From Auanema rhodensis (lineage: Eukaryota; Animalia; Nematoda): a stretch of 64,000 nucleotides of DNA. The stretch spans positions 6,076,001 through 6,140,000 of the forward strand of contig OZ059900.1 of assembly GCA_964057225.1 (NCBI GenBank), in the 5' to 3' direction. Below the pieces are notes generated by a model, which saw only the letters and a program-made list of their open reading frames with translations, was not told the origin of the DNA and searched no databases. Shown in pieces: positions 56,964-64,000 of this stretch; position 1 is the first letter of the stretch; the number at the start of each line of letters is the position of its first letter. The translations under genes and the position numbers were made by a program.

Positions 56964-57155
56964 AAACTAGTACAAAGTTCTTGAAAAAAATATTTTATTA
57001 AATAATAATAAATTATTATAAACAGAAAAAATCAATAATTAGTTATTTGATCAAACTTTTAGCATGGTACAGATTGAAATTTTCGAATATTTGAATTATA
57101 AAACTATCAGATCTGACAGACTTGAGTCATTCTAATTGTTGTATACTGATTATGT

Positions 57156-58985
57156 TCACATTGAATCACTGTAAAATAGAAATTAGATTACTGTTAGAGA
57201 TTTCTCGTATTATTACTTGAATGAATCGAAAATGGTAACCATGAGAGTAACTTCTTTGTCGTAACCAGCGACAATTACCTCTACAGTTCGATCTTGATTA
57301 CCAGTCTTCACCTGAACTCTATTATATCCATTGCTAAGAAATTGATAACGAGCAAATACAGGCAAATCGTCAATTACACTAAGAACGTTCGTTTTCTAGA
57401 AATATTGATAGTTAATGAATAGCTTATCATATTCAGTTGTTACTTCAGGCGTCTGAAGTGCTTGAGAAACATTAACTATTATTTTAGCTCTAGGACAACC
57501 GATATCATCTTGAAACGCCAAACATAACGCTTTTATATTTTCTCTAAAGTCCTGTAATACAAGATGATTAAATTCCATCATTTTAGAATAAGAATACGTA
57601 CTTCATAAAGTTCAACGCCAGAATATTCAATCAAGATTGAATCGCTGCAATCAAACCAATTGCTAAGATTTCTGATAGCTTCGAGACAATAAAGAGGCTC
57701 CAGGAAGCGCTTTGCTGATGAAAAAACCAGTTGTTCTAATTTTATTCTGAAATTATTTGCTTAAAATCAAAGAAGACTGATATGAAACCAACTTGTTCTC
57801 AGCTATTGGCCATAAAGCTAAGAAGCCCCTATGTAAACACATGGCTTCAGTAGCAAATGAGAAATCAAATCCTAAATTAGAAGGACAGACGTCTGGGATG
57901 AGTTTCAAGCATTTCGTTCTTGAAATATCAATAAATTGAAAATAAAACTATTGTTTCACTTACTTCATGTTACTGATGAGTTCATCCATAAAATGAAATG
58001 GTAGTTGATGCGTATTAACATCTAGCAAAACTAAGGTTTCTGCACTTCCAATATTGCTAAGAAGCTCCTGAAAATGGTTTTAAATGCAACAATCAAAGCT
58101 AGAAGAATGCATACTCGCTGCACGTCAATATCCGCAATTGATCTATTCTCATCGCTCATTTTATTCTTGCAGATGTTCATGGCAATTCTGATTGACCTGT
58201 AAGTGTTAATCGTTTAGATATAAATTGCCTAGGCGCCATGACACCTTATGTATATTGATACTTCCTGTAGAGATATGTACTTAAACGATTGGAAAGAAGG
58301 ACCAGACATGTATTCAACAGATTTCTAAAAAATCATAAGTTATCACTGCATGTGGCAGAGACACTCACGAGTGATGGCTTCATGAATGGGCATACGAAGC
58401 TTTCACATTCACACTTTGGATGCATTGTCAAATGTTCAATATCTGAAGCATATTCATTTTCGCTTTTATCTGAATATCAAAATCTCACTGAACATAGCCA
58501 ATGCTTCAGCAACTCGAGAATCTTTACATAAACATCCTAAGTTCGAGACATCTACTTCTCTTAGAGCTATTCCCATGTTGTGCATAAAACGTAGTTTAGA
58601 CAGAAATCCTTCGACAGTTTTCGAAGTTAAAATATAATTAGCAGTGCAATTCTGGAAGAAAAATAATTATGAAAGTAATTTACTCAGTTATGCTTACTCT
58701 ATTATATCCAATAATAACGAACAAGTCATCACTATCATCAAGAATGAATTGATCAGAAGTTTTAGTAAAGAAATGCCTTCCAGCATTGGCAAAAGCTCTG
58801 TTGACTGTCTGGAAACAAATTATTAGAATGGGATGAACCATCGTGTATCATACCATTAATTCTAAACAATCATTGTTGTTTGCACCATCAGAATTAGCTT
58901 GAAAAGCTTCAAAAATTCGATAGTAGATATCATCGCACAGTGGCACAATGCGGTCTGGTGAGGCAGCATCTCCGGTAGTAGTCAT
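57156..58985 (-). CDS. F-box-like protein with degenerate LRR-like body, multi-exon
   Basis: N-terminus PLCDDIYYRIFEAF...CLELMTVNRAFANA fits the F-box pattern. Where I traced them, exons join through canonical short introns, ending ...TIFDSFNDSM* (TGA 57156-57158). Confidence 0.65.
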
Positions 58986-60990
58986 AATGTGCGGGTTAAA
59001 GATGGAAGCGTCAACTAAAACGTCTGAGAAAAGAGATAGAGTGATAAGAATGAGTAAGACAAGGACAATGATACAAATCAATAGCACTTTGAAATGAAGA
59101 AAAAAACGCGTTTTGATTCGGAAAATAAGCAATTGATTGCGTCGTCTTTTTCTAATTTAACAGATGATTATACAAAACTTAAATGTTATTATAAAAATGA
59201 ATGGTGAAAACTTCAATCAGCAGCTTATTCAGAAATGAATACGTTTTTAATTTTCAAAATTCATTTCCTATCCCATTTAAAACGATGAGGATAATCAGAA
59301 ATATTTCCAGCAAATTCAGATAACTCATTAGATGTATCTGCACGTGGGATAGCAAGGAAACGCTTGACTGGAATATTTTGTTTGTCACAATAGGAACTTC
59401 TCGACCGAGCCGCTTCATCTGGATTATCTTTTACGGCATTTAAATGAATAGTTTGAGAAATGAACTAAGATTCTTAAAGCAGATTATTTTAAATGAACAA
59501 TAGGTCAGCTTATTGATCACTAAAATGTTGGCACAATGCTCGAATACATAGATTTGAATAAGAAATAATACATAAATTTTCGAATATTAAACCAATACAC
59601 AATGAATATAAGTAGACAGAATGAAAGGTTATGGCGCAAGATAATTAATATTGAATGCTAAGAGATTAAAACTTTTACCCACTACATGTGAAGGCAATAT
59701 AAAATTAACCGTATGAGAAAATTAATTTTTCGCGGATAAAAACTAAGAGAATGTGTTAAATAATCGGCGCTAGTGCTCTGCCGAGCGACATAATTGAAAG
59801 CTTGAGAAAGTTAATGTGCGGAATATTGGTTAGATGAATGAATGAATATATTAGATATTCACTAACCTGTTCAATAAACATTGAAAATTTATATTTACAT
59901 ATAATATTCAATATCTCTTAATCTATAGAAATATAAAGAAAATAATGAAAGTGAAAAAAAATATATTTGTTTAAAATTTCATAATTTCACAATTTGAATT
60001 TTGAAAATTATGATATTTTGAGTGGTAATATGCTAATTTTAATTGGTCTCACCAATAAAATGTTTCAATGTTGTAGATGTATCAAGGTGTCAATATTCTT
60101 TTCGTTGGAAAATTGTTTGAGATAAAATACATTTCTCAATATCTGATAATTCACAAAGCTCAACTTCTTACGCTACCATATAAGACATAGAATTAGTATA
60201 TTATGTGATAACATTTAAAATCCCACAAAATCTCATGTAAAGAAGTACACCTTTCACATACGTAAATCTTATATAAATATATATATTCCTTTTTTTGTTC
60301 GCATAATTTATTATGACATTTATACGGATAAAATAAAAACAGACGAGTTTGGTCAATAACGAACAAATAAATGATTGGAAATTTCAATGGGAAGTTGACA
60401 GTACTAAACAGAAAAAATACGATATAGTATAATAAGAAAAACCATAAAAACGTACAAATCTACATAAAATAATTTTCAGATATTTCACTAATTAAATTTA
60501 TAATATTGAAGGTGATTTTGAAAAAAAGACAGCATGACAAGGTCAGCTTTTTGATTTTAAAGCGCTATGAAAACAGCTAGATGAATGAATTGATTCTCAA
60601 TATTCGACCATGCACATAATATTGCAAAACGGAAATAGACAAGTTCAGCCAATACATAAAATAAGATGAAAAAAACTTCGTAAGATTATATCATTGTGGT
60701 TATGAATTACGAGGAAACGGATGAGTTCAGATACACATCATGACTAAATAATTCGTTGGTATTAAATACTCTCACTGTTAATATATCATCTATATGTGTA
60801 TAATCAGTTTAACTTTTTAAAAAAAAGGTATAATTTGATGAAATGCTGTGATGATTACTTGTTTTCAGCTATCTGCTTTCACTTATTAGCAAAATCATTT
60901 GGCTCACAGCAGCAATTCATTCTAGAATTCAAAAAATTTTAAATAATTAAAATTTTTAAAAATATGAATAGGTATAACTATAGTACAACA

Positions 60991-61518
60991 TGAGATCATT
61001 TGCCCTCCAAAAAAAAAGAAGAAGAAAATTCAAAGAAAAAGGTAATATTGGTGCTCTACTACATTGTATTGCAACCAATATTCATGAGATCATAGCAGCC
61101 CAAAGGTGCAATACATATACTAGGTATTGATTAATATTATGTTGAGTAAATACAAAATGAGATCAAATTGCCCACAGCCCGCTAAAAAATAGCTGAGAAT
61201 ATTGGATGATTAAGCCATACTAGAAAATCACCAATATTCATGAGATCAGTCAGCCCATAGAATAAATTTAAAATAAATTTATGTTGTGTAATTTGGGGTT
61301 AAACCACAGTGTTTGAGATCATAAGTGCCCACAATGATGAAATATTGTTTGTGTGAAATAATTTTCACAAAAACGAAAATGAAATAAGAACTGAGTGAAC
61401 AGAAAGAAAGTGAAAAAGCATTTACGAAATAGTGTTTTAAGAGCAAATTCAATGAATGTATAGAATAAGTCAGATTAACATAATATTAAGTTAATCCAAG
61501 CATGAGATCACAAAGCCC
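60991..61518 (-). promoter_or_regulatory. Array of six GGGC-N3-5-UGAUCUCA elements (bantam/miR-58-family 8-mer sites) in the putative sad-1 3' UTR
   Basis: TGAGATCA on + at 60991, 61085, 61158, 61241, 61314 and 61503, each followed 3-5 nt later by GCCC. Confidence 0.75.
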
Positions 61519-62084
61519 AAAAAGAATTAAAAAGTAAGAATTGGATTGGATTTAGAAATTTTGAAATGCCTGTGGATTAGAAGAACATTTCCAAATGAAA
61601 TGCTCATAAATCAGTTGATGTTAAGAGCCAAATTCAAATCCTATTTCATATATCCATCCTTTAGAAAAAGGGTTGTAGCAGGGTTGAAAGTGGGCGTTTT
61701 TCAATTTTAAATGAAATAACTGTATTTTGTTTGAACTATGCTATCTTTCCGTTTTCAGCTCAATATGTGTATGTGTCATGTGCTCGAAGTTCATGTCACC
61801 ATCATTCGAGAGATAAAGTAATTCTAAGAAGCATTATATTAGTAATAGAATATGAAATATAACATACTGAACAAATCGTTGTTGATTCTAAAAACATAGT
61901 ATTCATGCTCTTCAACTAATATCGTCCACATATATATACATATATGTTTATATAAATTTATATATTTAACTGAAAACATGAATAATAATTTGTGCAAATA
62001 GCATAATAAAGAAACTAACCAATAATTTTTGTAATCACCAAAATGTTTAATCAACATGCTAGATGCTAATTCTAGAACACCAGT

Positions 62085-64000
62085 CTAACGCCTTCCTAAA
62101 CCAATATAATAGTTTTGATAAATAATCAAGTTGTGTATATACCTGTGGAAGTACTCGAGACACTACGTTTTGCTGAATGATAATTATGGTCAACAGATCC
62201 AAAATCACCTTTTGCGTATTCCTAAAACAAGTTTTGATAAGAAGATTGGATAAGTTGAATAGATAAATTACATTTTTATACATATTTATACTAATGTTGC
62301 TTTCAGAATCGGAACATGCTGAACTGACAGATGAGTCTGACAGACGCCGCGGACGTACCATCATTGCTGTATGCTGTGCTCGTTCAGCTCTGAAAAAAAA
62401 ACACAATCACATTAAAATGTTGGTCACGATATTACCTCGATTTACTACTTGATTTCTGAATAATTGTTGATAAATGTTCAACTAAACGTTTGAATCGACG
62501 TGTCGGTCCAGCCAATAAAATGAACTGAACAATGTAAGTTGTTGGATCATTTGGCTGTTGTTGTGATGAATTAACAATGTCAACCTTTAAAAATAGATAT
62601 ACGTAGATATATTAATATATAATATTCGTACATTCATTTTAATGCCACGACTAAACATGTTACCACCTGCCGTCGGTCCACGTTTATATTCTACACGGAA
62701 GGAATTCTGTCCAATAACAGAGTGGCTTAGTTCATGAATCTAAATAAGGAAAATGGAAAATGGAAGATTAATATTATTTTTAATAAAAAAATAATTCTAG
62801 CGATTTAAAAAAACTAACTGTCAAAAATGCTCGAATAAGCTCTGCTTTAATTCCATTTAAAGTTTTTCCTTGAATTGGCAAACAATGAGTATCATCACGT
62901 TCAACACTAATGCTCGAGGTTAAAGATCCAAACCACGATTTTTTCACCAAGCTGAACATTATGTTATAATTGTAAAATTTGAATATTTTAAGACATACTC
63001 GCTCGTATCGATAAGTTGATTATCTTCGTTATCGCTTTCCACAGACGAATTGGCTGGTTTTCTACGATGGAACCTAGGCGTTCCCAAGAATGAGTTTTTA
63101 ATATTGGTCAGCTTGGAAATCCATGGGCCGGACATGGATCCTAAACTCGTTTGACTGGCGCCGGTAGTTAATCCAGTTGTCGATGAAGATGTTGACGAGT
63201 TTCCTATGTTACTCACTATGGCTGACTCAACCATACGAGTTGCATTTGATTCCTTAAGAAATAGGGCTTCAAGTTTAAGGCAAATATTATCATTTATACT
63301 GACCTCTGAATCATTAGATAAATGTCTTTGACTACTATCTCGTCGTGGCTCAGAACCGCTTGAAATTGAAGCATATGCCCCAGACGACTTGGCGCTTCCA
63401 CAACTACTGCCACTACCACCATGTCCATCTTTCATTTCAAAGTTGACCGCTCGTGCATCATTTTCAATAGACACTCGTCGGGTGTTTTCAGCTAAGCCTT
63501 GAATTTCACCAGTAGATGAGCCATATGCATTATTGACAGCAGATCTGAAACGAAAGATTGATTAGAAATAAATGTCAAAATAAGACTTATGAACAAACCT
63601 TGCAGATTGGATAACGCGATCTTCTGTTCGAGAATAAACTCCAATAGCATTCTTGAGAAATTGCTCTCTTGGCGAACATTTTGGAGATTCGGTTGGAGAT
63701 CCTCCGAGACTATTAAAGCGTCCAGAACGAGTATGACGTCTTAAAGATTAAATATGTGCACTTTGTTAACTACGCTATTACAACGTGATATAGAAGCATG
63801 AAAAATTTAACAAAAACTTTGAGAAAATCATTATTTTCGATTAAGTACCCCATAAAAGTACATTCAAGTTTGAAACCAAGTTCATTGTTGTGTTTTGAAT
63901 AAATCATGTTCGATAAAAGTTCTAATCATGTATTCACTTACCCATATGTCTTGCGAGGATTTATCGGACTTCCGTCAGCAATTCCTCCAATCATATAACG
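62085..64000 (-). CDS. sad-1: SAD/BRSK serine-threonine kinase, C-terminal half (kinase domain lies beyond the right edge)
   Basis: Motifs IKNSFLGTPRFHRRK and LVKKSWFGSL, a KA1-like domain ([37 protein letters not shown]...FILLAGPTRRFKRLVEHL) and RPRRLSDSSVSSACSDSES. The proximal last exon ends STGRR* at 62085. Confidence 0.92.

Noticed and set aside
60991-61518. CRISPR-like repeat/spacer array or nuclear-receptor inverted repeat
   Set aside because: Eukaryotic context, conserved core only 8+4 nt, irregular period (73-189 bp) and no cas genes. The variable 3-5 nt gap does not fit a fixed-spacing receptor dimer site.
60991-61525. The TGAGATCA units as a plus-strand cluster of bantam-family miRNA genes
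   Set aside because: The would-be 22-nt mature sequences have no well-paired complementary arm. The hairpins lie beside the motif rather than containing it, so they are not pre-miRNA-like.

Overview
AT-rich eukaryotic DNA, almost certainly nematode: 40-50 nt introns, TTTCAG/TTTTAG acceptors, acceptor-like AGs just before start codons, and C. elegans-like proteins. The ORF track mostly shows exon fragments, so I spliced the gene models by hand. Left to right: 5' part of an unknown gene (-); BAR-RhoGAP of the RICH/ARHGAP17 type (-); hypothetical spliced gene (+); possible small 2-TM ORF (+); a very large (~1,650 aa) Co-SMAD of DAF-3/SMAD4 type with a ~1,200 aa Q/S/P/N-rich linker (-); a ~23.6 kb stretch without recognisable genes; liprin-beta hlb-1 (+); a claudin-like gene bracketed by a 245-bp direct repeat (+); choline kinase cka-2 (+); a Ly6/three-finger protein (+); an F-box-like protein (-); and the 3' half of SAD/BRSK kinase sad-1 (-). 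The most striking unexplained signal is at 60991-61518, downstream of sad-1: six copies of a bipartite element reading GGGC-N3-5-UGAUCUCA on the minus strand, most followed directly by a hairpin. UGAUCUCA is the 8-mer target site of the bantam/miR-58 microRNA family, suggesting a structured multi-site miRNA response element, sponge or decay trigger. No tRNA, rRNA, CRISPR array or intact transposon was recognised.
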